The notes: generated from the letters alone by a model not told the origin. A stretch of DNA of 64,000 nucleotides from Candidatus Poribacteria bacterium (GCA_965197475.1 CBDANF010000003.1:3168001-3232000), one strand, 5' to 3'; counted from the stretch's first letter, positions 40,354-50,422 are shown. Numbers and translations: made by a program.

Positions 40354-41162
40354 GAGAGGTCCCCCTTTTTTGTGTCCTCAGGTTCTGGGTGAAGGAGTTG
40401 GGTCATGCGATCTGTGTGTTGGTATTCCTCATAGAGTGAGAGATACTCGCGGATCAACCGGTCAGATAGATGGGTGATCAGGCGTATCTGTGCGTTAGGA
40501 AAGCCTTGATGATGGAGCGTAGCGACTTGTGTAAAGTCTTTCAAGTAGCGGTAGACAGCTCGTTCGCTGTGGTTCGTCTTTTTCTCGATTTCGGTGAAGG
40601 TATAGGCTTTGAAATATAACTCCAGGACCTGGGTTTTATGAGAAGTGCCGGGGCCCATGTCGTGTTTCGTCCCGCGCGTCATAACGAAATACCCATCCTG
40701 CTTCAAGTGTCGAATGTCGCGTTTGACTGTAGCAGGACTGGTGGTTAATAATACAGCTAAATCCTCGTAGCTCAGTAAGGCATCTTGGTCATAAGCTTCT
40801 TGGGTCAATCGGAGGATCCGATGCCGTCTGAGTCCTGCGAGACCATAATTCGCTAAGACTTCAAGATCGGCGTTTGTGTCATTGAGAGTTAGCCGACAGG
40901 AAACTTTTTTCGCTAAAGCGATATGTTTACCTGCGGGTTCCTCTGCGGCGACTGCCTCGTAGCAGATTTGCCCTGATGTCAGGTGCACATCGGCGTGTTG
41001 TTCAAAGTAGGTGGAAATCTGTTTATAGTAGGCTTCAGCAACGAGAGGCATTAGATTAAAGTCTGCTGAAATCTTCTGAATAATCGCGGCTCTGGCATTC
41101 TTGGATTCGAGCCGAGTGATACCGTAAGCGGTATCCTTCTTGCGGTTCATATTGACCTCCAT
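40350..41162 (-). CDS. DUF1670-like protein (paralog A); probable start ATG 41150
   Basis: EAYDQDALLSYEDLAVLL.TS..TV.RDI, TRG..HDMGPGTSHK, HSERAVYRYLKDF; GGAGG RBS precedes 41150. Confidence 0.8.
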   Translation of the reverse strand: MEVNMNRKKDTAYGITRLESKNARAAIIQKISADFNLMPLVAEAYYKQISTYFEQHADVHLTSGQICYEAVAAEEPAGKHIALAKKVSCRLTLNDTNADLEVLANYGLAGLRRHRILRLTQEAYDQDALLSYEDLAVLLTTSPATVKRDIRHLKQDGYFVMTRGTKHDMGPGTSHKTQVLELYFKAYTFTEIEKKTNHSERAVYRYLKDFTQVATLHHQGFPNAQIRLITHLSDRLIREYLSLYEEYQHTDRMTQLLHPEPEDTKKGDLS

Positions 41163-41417
41163 GAATAGATTATCGGGGATCCGAGGACATCTACTCGTTA
41201 GTTTAACGAATACTAATAGTATAACTCATGGGGTCATTTGATACAAACTATAAGTAGCGGTCAGGGGTCAGTTTAGCACCGTTTTGCTAAACCATACACA
41301 AAATTGACAGTTATGGGTAGAGCGATAGCGAGACACGACATAGAGGCATTCGGCTATCGGCTGTCGGCCATCAGTCTTGTAGGTCGGGTAGAGTATGCGA
41401 AACCCATAGGCATCAAT

Positions 41418-42075
41418 TTAGTGATTTTTTCGCGATATTTGATCTCCTTGATGCGTTTTTGGGTCTCCTGTTCGGAAAGTTTTTGAGCCACCAAGCGCGC
41501 TTGGATACGCTTTGTTTTCCCAACAGCGACTTGTATTTCGCAAGTGTGTGGTTTGGGTCTTGAGCCATTTTAGTAAACAAAATGGTGTTTCTGCGTCGTC
41601 AAAGAGAGAACAATCAACTTTCAACTGTGTTATCCAAAAGACACCTGCCTCGGAAAGTTTTCCGAGGGTGTCAAGTGAAAAATAATCGCGATCTGCCAGA
41701 CGTAAACGCCCCGGTGTCCGCATCGGCATCTGTTTTCAGCCGTGCAATCCTGTGTGGTACCATCAGTGAATTGAAAGTGTTCAAAAGTGCCAGTGGCAAC
41801 ATCAAAGTGGTTTTCAAGGTCGATGCAGCTTCGGGCGTGAAACGCTGTTCAATCGCCTGTCGTATGATAGGTGTGCCGAGAACACCAGCGGTTTGGGCAA
41901 GTTCGGTATAGGTTGCATCTGGACTTGCTAACCAAGTGAAAACAAGTGTCTCAACAAACCGACTGCCTGTGAGTTTACGACTTCTTTCAACAAAACCATG
42001 TTGATGTGCGGTTTCATCGGCAGTCGTTGTTAGAATCTGTTGCATTTTATTGGGAACCTGTGATAATGTATACAT
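41418..42075 (-). pseudogene. IS4-family transposase remnant
   Basis: A..A...GFVERSRKLTG..F..TLVF..L, QAIEQRF and LADRDYF...GVFWITQLK motifs; deleted and frameshifted. Confidence 0.78.
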
Positions 42076-42127
42076 TGGAAACACCTCTTTTGTAGAAGTA
42101 AAATGTAGTTTTTCTACACTATATAAT

Positions 42128-44162
42128 AGACATTATAATGAATTAAATAGAAGGAGTTTCATAACGCCAGGGTCTGAAGTTTAGGCGAAAATTGTGTAAA
42201 CCACAACAGGTTTCCATAACTAAATCACAAAACCCTTTCTTCCAATTCCTGAGTTTATCTTTGACAATGCGGCATCTTTTGACACCACTAATCGCATGTT
42301 CAACGCGTATGCGTATAGACGCTATCTTTCTATTGTTTTCTTTTTCTTCATTCGTCCGTTCTCTACCTCTCGGTTTTTTCTTCGGTTGAATGATGTTTAT
42401 ATCCGGGAGAACGAAACCCTGAAAACCGGTATCTTGGGACAATGTGCTACCCTGTGGCACACAATAGCCCACCATATCGGCTATGTGTTTGTCATGGTGT
42501 CTTCCTTCAAAAGAGGGTGTTAATAGGACAACTTTGCAGGCCTCATTGATAATCAGATTATTTTTCACTGTATGACATTTCTTTTTACCACTATAATAAC
42601 CCTTTTGAGTTTGTGGGTCTTTGGGGCGTCGTATCGGGCGTTCGGTGCTATCATGAAAAAAATGTTCTCCTTCTTGATTTTGAGTTGATACTTTTGATGG
42701 AGCACATATAGGTGCGGGGTCTGTTTCCCGAGATGGCAACTCTCCAAGTTCTGCTAATGCTTTGTTCAATATCGATAAAAGCAAGTGAATCCATCTATTA
42801 GCAAGAGGTTGAGACATGCCAAAGAGCGCACCGAATAGCACTTGTTTCGGTGCTTCACGAAGGTAAATCAGTATAAATAGCAACATATCTTCAGGTGTAT
42901 CAAAACGACTATTTTTATACGGTTTATATCTCCGTTTTTTGCGCGGTTTTCCTGCAAGGGTATGTGTTTGAACATACTCTAAAAAACATTCGCTCATGTC
43001 AAGAGTAAGTGCTTTTGACGAGTTTTGCTATAAAATCAACACTGACAGCTTTTAGATTCATGACGAACTCACAGATTGCGACGTAACCGGCGAGGAACTT
43101 TTTATGAACGCCACGAAAGGGACGAAGGAAGTTTCGCAGCGTCGTCCAGACACCTTCAATCGTCCTTGTATGGATCTCGTAAAGACCATCACCGTCTGCG
43201 TCTCTTGCCCACTCGCCATCCTTATGGAGAACAATCTCACGGGCGCGCTGAATACGGTTATAGCCACGCCAACCATCCGTATACACCGTTGAAGTCGGCA
43301 ACGTCCACTGATGAACGTGTGTTGAAAGCGTCGCAGAATCGGTGTGCCGCACAACACGTAATCTCAGGAGACCGCTTTCGCGACCTTTCGTCCCAACAAT
43401 AGGCGGACGATCATTGTCATAAGTCCCATGTCCCCTGCGTTTATTGCCACGCCGACGCGGCGGATCCGAAGCATCAACGTGCTTATCGCCTTTTTCACCG
43501 GCGTTTTGAAACATCTCATCTGTTTCGACTTCAGCATCAGGTAAAGCAGCTTCGGGTTGTATCTGCTCTGCCGAAGTTTGGAGTTTACGTCTTATAGAAA
43601 GAACGGTTTGACGACTTAGACCCAGTTCACACCCGAGTTGTGCACTTGAAACACCTTGACAGACACCGCGCAAAAGCAGAACGACCTGTGAGGGACGAAA
43701 CTGCGTGCCAGCAAAGACCGTCCCGGTATAGAGGTTGTAGATGCTCTCACAGTGTTTGCAGCGATACACTTGTAGACCACTTGTTTCAGTCGGACGGAAC
43801 TTGCGTGCCTCCGCCACGCTCGCTTGGCATTTTGGGCAACACAGCCCTTGAAGGTGGAAATGATCCAACACCCACGCTTGAGTTTTTTCTTCATCCAGGA
43901 GAGATTGTATTGGAAAGTCCATAGGTAACACGCTAACATAACTTTGAAAAAATAGCACTTACTTTTTACATGAGCCAAAACATTTAGTAAAATAAGGTGA
44001 TAGTTCAGTCCAATCTTCTAAGGTATATCCGGTGAGGGACAGGAGCGTATCAGGTTTGTCCCTTAGTTCTTGAAAACTTATCATGAGTTAGCCTCCTATT
44101 GTCCGATTGTAATAAGTATAATAGAGACTAACCAAACGGACAACTAATTAGTTATAATGTCT
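42128..44162 (-). mobile_element. IS5/ISL2-group (DDE_Tnp_4/HARBI-like) element; transposase 44084 to 42143 interrupted by IS1595
   Basis: TIR AGACATTATAA/TTATAATGTCT; DSTE.PI.RP, YSGKKKCHT, DTGFQG and RIRVEHAISGVK motifs. Confidence 0.85.
42991..43976 (-). mobile_element. IS1595-family IS (986 bp), copy 2, with 8-bp TSD AAAACATT (transposase 42999-43958)
   Basis: Near-identical to copy 1 (3 aa differences); TSD at 42983-42990 and 43977-43984. Confidence 0.93.
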
Positions 44163-44322
44163 AATATAAGAGGTGTTTTCACTTGACAACACCTCTTATA
44201 TTAAGAAACAAGTTTACTTATTTCTTAAATTGATGCCTATGGGTAAAGCAAAGCGAAACCCAACTTTTTTCGTTATCGGACTATTTTGGTTCGGACAATA
44301 TCCAACAACCAAAGGAGAAATC

Positions 44323-45132
44323 ATGAAAATCTATCATGTATTAATGTTAACTATCCTCTTAACCGGTCTATTTCTTGCAAGCAGCGCAGATGCTGATAGT
44401 ATAAAAGATGAGCTTGAGAAATCACCACGTCATGGGGAGTGGGTTAAAATCACCGCCGCTGATGCACACGAAATCAACGCCTTTATTGTTTATCCAGAAG
44501 TGAAAGAACCCGCGACCGCCATCATCGTCATCCACGAAATATTTGGGTTAACCGATTGGATACGTCTCGTCGCAGATAGACTTGCTGCCGATGGGTTTGT
44601 TGCGATCTGTCCAGACCTGCTTTCAGGTATGGGGCCCGATGGAGGCGGAACAGACAGTTTTGACTCTGGTGATGATGTCCGTCGTGCTATTCGTGGACTC
44701 AAATCGGAGCGCGTGACAGCAGATCTGGATGCGGTGTCTAAATATCTTCGCGACCTACCTTCAACGAACGATAAGGTTGCTGTTTCTGGATTCTGCTGGG
44801 GTGGTGGAAAAACATTTAACTACGCTGTTAAATCTGATGAGATCGCTGCAGGTTTTGTGTTTTACGGTTCAGCTCCACCTGTTGAGGATATACCCAAGAT
44901 TTCTGCACCAGTATACGGGTTCTATGGAGAGAATGACAACCGTATTAATGCCACAATTGATGCTACCAAAGCGGCAGCAGACGCAGCAAAAGTCACCTAC
45001 GAACCAGTTATATATAAAGGTGTAGGGCACGGATTCTTAAGACGAGGCATGGAAGAAGATGCAAGCGAAACTCAGAAAGCCGCAGTCAAAGCAACATGGG
45101 ATCGGTGGGTTAAGCTTCTGGGAAAACTCTAA
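44323..45132 (+). CDS. Dienelactone hydrolase family protein, exported
   Basis: AAAGGAG + ATG 44323; IHEIFG, GFCWGG, YG.ND and GHGF motifs; the upstream ORF extension lies in IS DNA. Confidence 0.88.
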   Translation: MKIYHVLMLTILLTGLFLASSADADSIKDELEKSPRHGEWVKITAADAHEINAFIVYPEVKEPATAIIVIHEIFGLTDWIRLVADRLAADGFVAICPDLLSGMGPDGGGTDSFDSGDDVRRAIRGLKSERVTADLDAVSKYLRDLPSTNDKVAVSGFCWGGGKTFNYAVKSDEIAAGFVFYGSAPPVEDIPKISAPVYGFYGENDNRINATIDATKAAADAAKVTYEPVIYKGVGHGFLRRGMEEDASETQKAAVKATWDRWVKLLGKL

Positions 45133-45306
45133 ATATACACCTTTCGCCCCGCTGGGGCATATCTCTGGGAGAATGCAATTTCTATACACCTTCCACACCT
45201 CTGGTGCTTGTGAAACATTTTTCCGCGCCCCAAATCAATGCATCGTGTGCGTATGGCAGGCAGCGGGCTTAGAAGCTCTCCCACAAGAAGCCAATAAGGA
45301 ACACAC

Positions 45307-46071
45307 ATGCCGAATCGACTGAAAGATAAAATCGCAATTATCACAGGAGCAGCGCGCGGCATCGGCGCAAAAAGCGCAGAACTCTTTGCAGCAGAAGGCG
45401 CAGCTGTGGCTATCTGGGATCTGAATGCAGAACGCGGCGAAGCGGTCACACACCAAATTCAAACGGAAGGCGGCACGTCAATTTTCTGCCAGTGCGATGT
45501 GACAGATACCGCACAGATTGAAGCTGCCGCGCATCAAGTCACCTCGGAACTTGGATCACCGAATGTATTGTTTAACAATGCGGGAATCGCTGTCGTTGGT
45601 GAATTGGAGCATATTTCTGAAGCGGACTGGGATCGGCAATACGCAGTCAATGTCAAGAGTATCTATCTCGTCTCAAGATCAGTTATCCCGTTGATGCGTG
45701 CTGCGGGTGGCGGCACGATTATCAATATGGGAAGTGAATCCGCATTCGTCGGATTTCCGATGCACCCTGCCTATACGTCCTCAAAGGCAGCGGTGGTACA
45801 TCTAACACGCAGCATGGCAGTGCGGTATGCTGAAGACAATATCCGCGTCAACAGTCTGTGTCCCGGCACGATTAACACCGAGTTGTATCAAGAATTTATA
45901 GCACAACAGGAAAACCCCGAAGCGATAAACAGAGAGATTGAGGATATGCATCCGTTAGGTATCGGTGAACCGGAAGACATCGCTTGGGCAGCAGTCTATT
46001 TAGCATCTGATGAATCCCGATATATGACCGGAGCACCGATGCTGGTTGAGGGTGGTATCTTATCTCTGTAA
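45307..46071 (+). CDS. Short-chain dehydrogenase/reductase (SDR)
   Basis: TGAARGIG, NNAG, YTSSK and PGTINT motifs. Confidence 0.92.
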   Translation: MPNRLKDKIAIITGAARGIGAKSAELFAAEGAAVAIWDLNAERGEAVTHQIQTEGGTSIFCQCDVTDTAQIEAAAHQVTSELGSPNVLFNNAGIAVVGELEHISEADWDRQYAVNVKSIYLVSRSVIPLMRAAGGGTIINMGSESAFVGFPMHPAYTSSKAAVVHLTRSMAVRYAEDNIRVNSLCPGTINTELYQEFIAQQENPEAINREIEDMHPLGIGEPEDIAWAAVYLASDESRYMTGAPMLVEGGILSL

Positions 46072-46134
46072 GTTTGTCTCTGAATCGCGAATTAGATGGA
46101 TTACGCAGATTTGCTGGGTTTCGCACACTCAACC

Positions 46135-46401
46135 CATAGGTGTCAATTTAGTGTGCTATATGCAAAAAGATGCTGATTTGTGATGAAAGCAGCACCAGCG
46201 GTGCGGAATGTGTCCAGAAAACAGTGTCAAACAGTCTCTTGAACCCCAGCGGGGTGACAGGTGTCTGACAACACGTACACATATACACCTTTCGCCCCTC
46301 TGGGGTTTGAGTTTGGTAGGGGGCGCGTGTCTATACACCTTTCGCCCCTCTGGGGCTTAGATATCCAAATATAGGTTTATTTCCTTAAATTGACACCTAT
46401 G
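46135..46401. mobile_element. IS4/IS231-like MITE in a REP, with 18-bp direct repeat (1 mismatch)
   Basis: CATAGGTGTCAATTTA ... TAAATTGACACCTATG; flanks GGTTTCGCACACTCA(A/C)CC; cargo CCCC.C.GGGG hairpins. Confidence 0.82.
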
Positions 46402-46548
46402 GGTTTCGCACACTCACCCCAACCTACAAAAAACGGACATTCTCTTGTAGGGGCATTTCAAACGCCGATAGGCAAGAAGGAAAATCGGGCTTGGAAAGCC
46501 CTCCCACAAGAAAGTGGGCCCTACCTTAGTGGGAACAGAAACCTCGTC

Positions 46549-47505
46549 CTACAACGCATGATCAGAGGGTTTAAAACCCTTCTCAAACGTACCGAAACCG
46601 AAGAAAGTCGGCGCATAATCCCCGACATAATCAACGACACTCGCCTCAGGAATTACGTCCTCCATCCCCATGCACCAATAACATCCGTTCACAAGGAGAC
46701 GGCGAAGTCCTTCGCTCTCTAAATCGACAGATGCGCCCGCCGTAGTGTTGAAGACGCGCGAGGTGTTCCCCGTATCGCCGGTATAGGTTTTGATCCATGC
46801 CAACGGCATCGTGACGGTATCTGCTTTCGGCGCGTCTGTCGGTTCCATACCGACCAGCACCTGTCCGTGCACCAACACCTGTGCGTCTCCTGTCAATTCT
46901 TTAATACCGTAAACATCCGAAGGACCCCATATATCTGTAACACTCTTAAGGATAGGGTGATCCTTCATCGCCTCATCAATAACACCGCGCGCACTCTCTT
47001 TACCGTGATGTCCGTGATGATTCACCCAAGTTTCCCCGAGCACTTGCCTACCGTAGCCACCTTCGAAATCTTTGTTGTTGAAACTATATTTCGCGTAAGG
47101 GCTCTCAAGGTCTCGGCTATAACTGAAGGCGTGTGTCGCTGTGCGTAGCCCCATCACAGGGTTACCAGCATTCGTATAGTCCACAATATATTTCATCTGT
47201 TCATCGGGCAGCTCGCGGAAACGCGTGAACAATACCAACATATCCGCTGATTCCAGATGATGCAGCCCCGGTATGTTCGTCTGCACATTCGGATCAATCT
47301 CACCAGTTTCCGGATTGATGGCGAACAGTACCGTACATCGGAATCCGTGGTGTGTCGCTAACGCCTTCCCCAACATCGGCAACGCTTCTTCGGAACGATA
47401 CTCCTCATCACCACTTACCAGAACAATATGTTTGCCCCTACCGGGGCCCTCGTTCCCTTCATAAACAACCCATTCAGCATTCATCAAATTAAACTCCAGT
47501 CTCAT
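46549..47505 (-). CDS. ThuA-like (class I GATase-fold) protein
   Basis: SGDEEYRSEE, GLRTATHAF, HPIL, PLAW and LRRLLVNG..W motifs. Confidence 0.75.
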   Translation of the reverse strand: MRLEFNLMNAEWVVYEGNEGPGRGKHIVLVSGDEEYRSEEALPMLGKALATHHGFRCTVLFAINPETGEIDPNVQTNIPGLHHLESADMLVLFTRFRELPDEQMKYIVDYTNAGNPVMGLRTATHAFSYSRDLESPYAKYSFNNKDFEGGYGRQVLGETWVNHHGHHGKESARGVIDEAMKDHPILKSVTDIWGPSDVYGIKELTGDAQVLVHGQVLVGMEPTDAPKADTVTMPLAWIKTYTGDTGNTSRVFNTTAGASVDLESEGLRRLLVNGCYWCMGMEDVIPEASVVDYVGDYAPTFFGFGTFEKGFKPSDHAL

Positions 47506-47725
47506 AAGATTTTATAGTATCAGTATAGCACATGCGCGGTAAAAAGTCATGTTGAATTGGTTTTTGTACAGAGCCTACCATACGGGAAATAAGACAAATC
47601 CCGTTAATTGGTATTACAGGATTACCAAGATTAGTTCTCATCAAAGGTTTTTGTGACAGCCTCGGTAATTATCTATTGTATCATAGCAGATGTTAATGTT
47701 ACGCGGTTACTTTTAGATGTAGACA

Positions 47726-47890
47726 TTCCTAATCCTGAAATTCTGGTAATCTTTGTTCAGACAAAGTATTTCTTGTAAAGTTACCCGTAATATTGTATTA
47801 TGCTATAGGTTTTCGGTGCAGAACTCCCAATCCTGAAAATCCTTGTTCAGACAAGTATTTTGTTTCAAGTTCCCTGTTATATTGTATTAT
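47726..47890. repeat. Two imperfect ~65-75-bp direct repeats (AATCCTGAAA...TTGTTCAGACA...ATATTGTATTAT)
   Basis: Copies at ~47726-47801 and ~47826-47890. Confidence 0.6.
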
Positions 47891-47892
47891 AC

Positions 47893-48413
47893 TAACCTAA
47901 GTTGCCACCGAAACATGGAAAACGTCATCTACACAGAACTCTCAGATAAATGCTACTTACAGTTACTGGACATACCGCTCCGCTGGAGCGGAAGAAGGGA
48001 CTAACTTTTTCTATAAACATATCGCTCCGCTGGAGCGAAGATTAAACACCCCATTATGTGTCAACTTAAGGATTTTCCTAATATGAGTAATGATCTTCAG
48101 TCCCGTAGGGACGATATGTTTATAGAAAACGAGGTAATCAGTCCCTTGAGCCCCGTAGGGCGGTATGTTATAGCATGAGTATGACACTCTATATATGTCG
48201 CTCGGACGGAGCTAAAGAGATATGTTAATACGGTGTGCTATAAACATATCGTCCCTATGGGACTAAATATGGGACAGTCTCAATAATCATGCCTATTGAG
48301 AGGTGTTCATAAAAACACAGATATTTTCTTAAGTTGACACCTATGGAGCGAAGATTAAACACCGTAACGATAAGGGAATTGATCGAATTTTTAAAAGGTA
48401 GCAACTTGGGTTA
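47893..48413. mobile_element. MITE (TAACCYAAGTTGC ends) containing a nested IS4-like MITE (48052-48345) with an 18-bp direct repeat
   Basis: Outer TIR TAACCTAAGTTGCCAC/GTAGCAACTTGGGTTA; inner element flanked by GAGCGAAGATTAAACACC (48033-48050, 48346-48363); ~100 bp shared with the 26088 MITE. Confidence 0.75.
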
Positions 48414-48448
48414 ATATAGAGATTGTGTTATAGAGGAGAGATTTAACA

Positions 48449-49441
48449 ATGAAAGTCTTAGTTATCGGTGGGACAGGCAACATCAGTCGTGGAATTGTGG
48501 CGGCACTGCTAAACAGAAACCGCGAAGTCGTACTATTTAACCGTGGACAGCATGTTGACCTACCACCTGCAGATGTCCGTGTGATTCATGACGACCGGCA
48601 ACATCGCGGCGATTTTGAGGCAAAAGTCGGCGCGGAAAATTGGGATGCCGTTATTGATATGATTAGTTTCAATGCCGAAGATGCAGCATCTGCATTGCGT
48701 GCATGCCAGGGACGCGTTGGACATTTCGTGCAATGCTCCACTGTGATGACATACGGACCGCCGTTCAGCGGAATAAATCTATCCGAAAGAGCACCTTTGC
48801 AAGGCACGTCGGGGTATGGACTCAATAAAGTCGCCGCAGACAACCTTCTGTTAGAAGCTCATGAACGCGATGGATTTCCTGTAACGATTTTCAAGCCATC
48901 TTACACACACGGACCGGGAATTAATCTGCACCGACAGGTGGGAGGAGATGGCAGTTGGATTGATCGATTGCGAAAGGGAAAACCGATCCTTTCAGCGGGT
49001 GATGGATTAAACTATTTTCAATTCCTTGCATCGCGAGATGCAGGTGTTGCGTTCGCAGACATACTCGGCAAATCCGAATGTTTTGGTGAAATATACAATC
49101 TCGTCCATCCGCAGGCACGTACGTGGGACGAATGGCACTGTGCAGCTGCAGAGGCACTCGGTGTTAACATAGAAATTGTGCATGTATCCCAAGAAACACT
49201 AATAACGATGGCACCGGAACGGTTCAGTGGATTGCGGGGTAACTTCGGGCATACACAGATATTCAGCCACGAAAAACTTGCAGCAGCGTTACCTGAATTC
49301 AATCCACAAATTCCGGTAACTGAAAGCGTGGCAGAAAACATCGCTTGGATGGATAAACACAATCGGGTGCCAAATAGCGATGCGGATGACTTAGAAGATA
49401 GAATTATTGAGACAATTCGCAATCTACCACGTATTAAGTAG
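48449..49441 (+). CDS. NAD-dependent epimerase/dehydratase
   Basis: VIGGTGNIS; YGLNK (YxxxK). Confidence 0.88.
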   Translation: MKVLVIGGTGNISRGIVAALLNRNREVVLFNRGQHVDLPPADVRVIHDDRQHRGDFEAKVGAENWDAVIDMISFNAEDAASALRACQGRVGHFVQCSTVMTYGPPFSGINLSERAPLQGTSGYGLNKVAADNLLLEAHERDGFPVTIFKPSYTHGPGINLHRQVGGDGSWIDRLRKGKPILSAGDGLNYFQFLASRDAGVAFADILGKSECFGEIYNLVHPQARTWDEWHCAAAEALGVNIEIVHVSQETLITMAPERFSGLRGNFGHTQIFSHEKLAAALPEFNPQIPVTESVAENIAWMDKHNRVPNSDADDLEDRIIETIRNLPRIK

Positions 49442-49455
49442 TACAGAGGTAAGAC

Positions 49456-50268
49456 ATGATGAAAATTAAATCAGCATTAAATTCAGAAAGGCTTGACCTT
49501 GTTGAACATGATCTACGCGAAATCGGGTTCCATACCATTGAGAATGTGATTTCAGCTGAAGAAGCAGACGAAGCCCGTGAAGCGATCTGGAAACTTGTTG
49601 AAGAAGACATTACAAATGGACGTGATCATAGTTATGGCAACGGTAAAATCCGACGCGTCTGGGCAATTGTCGGAAAATCACCCATCTTCCGTAGCCTCAT
49701 TCAGCATCCGACCGTGGTAGCAGTGTGGAAGCGGATGCTCGGCGAGGATGTGATTGCATCCACATTTACGGCAAATATCGTCGGACCGGGCGCGCCGGCA
49801 GGTGGTTGGCATATTGACTACCCGTATTGGGCGATGCAAGCCCCGTTTCCGTCTGGCTCTCTAACGGGGCAAACGGTATGGATGTTAGATGATTTCACAG
49901 CAGAAAATGGTGCAACGGCGTGTATCGCTGAATCACACAAAACACTCCGCCGACCCGAATTGGGAGAAGCAGAAGGACTTGAGATGAGTGTTGCAATCGC
50001 GCTGAAAGGCTCTATCCTATTCACAAACGGTGCGATCTGGCATCAATGCCTTCCGAATACCACGGACGCACCGCGCGTTGGATTACTCGGCATGTATAAC
50101 CGTTCGGTCGTCTATCCACAAGAGGATATGCCTCGACAGTTAACTGATGATGTGTTAGCAACTGAAAGCGACATCCTAAAACAGTTATTGGGTAGAAGTA
50201 TACCATTTCGTCACCCTGACCAAGGGCAGAACTGGCATCGAACGGAAACAGGATTTCGTCAAGCGTAA
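49456..50268 (+). CDS. Phytanoyl-CoA dioxygenase (PhyH) family protein
   Basis: WHID, WMLDDFTAENGAT and WH...PN.T..PR motifs. Confidence 0.88.
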   Translation: MMKIKSALNSERLDLVEHDLREIGFHTIENVISAEEADEAREAIWKLVEEDITNGRDHSYGNGKIRRVWAIVGKSPIFRSLIQHPTVVAVWKRMLGEDVIASTFTANIVGPGAPAGGWHIDYPYWAMQAPFPSGSLTGQTVWMLDDFTAENGATACIAESHKTLRRPELGEAEGLEMSVAIALKGSILFTNGAIWHQCLPNTTDAPRVGLLGMYNRSVVYPQEDMPRQLTDDVLATESDILKQLLGRSIPFRHPDQGQNWHRTETGFRQA

Positions 50269-50362
50269 ATGCAATATAGGCATAACATTAAAATTGACCG
50301 TTGAATGTTTAGGTGTTTTCAGATGAAACTATAAACAATGACATAATCCTGAATCGTTTAAC

Positions 50363-50391
50363 TTGACTCGCATCATGCTGTGTGTTACAAT
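50363..50391 (+). promoter_or_regulatory. sigma70-type promoter of the acyl-CoA ligase gene
   Basis: TTGACT-17 bp-TACAAT with an upstream TG. Confidence 0.55.
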
Positions 50392-50422
50392 AGCCTCAAA
50401 AAACAACAGCAGGGGAGACAAT

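Larger units (their letters stand above)
39241..41244 (-). mobile_element. Putative novel TIR-bounded element encoding two DUF1670-like proteins
   Basis: Perfect 13-bp inverted repeats GTATCAAATGACC (39241-39253) / GGTCATTTGATAC (41232-41244) enclosing only two paralogous ORFs plus non-coding ends. Confidence 0.65.
41405..44241 (-). mobile_element. Degenerate IS4/IS231-like element inserted in a REP, containing nested ISL2-like and IS1595 elements
   Basis: Perfect TIR CATAGGCATCAATTTA / TAAATTGATGCCTATG; both flanks are GGTA.AG...GCGAAACC REP segments. Confidence 0.8.

Noticed and set aside
41253-41261. AGTAGCGGT outside the DUF1670 element matching the internal promoter spacer (~39387-39395)
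   Set aside because: A 9-bp match is plausibly chance; no supporting geometry.
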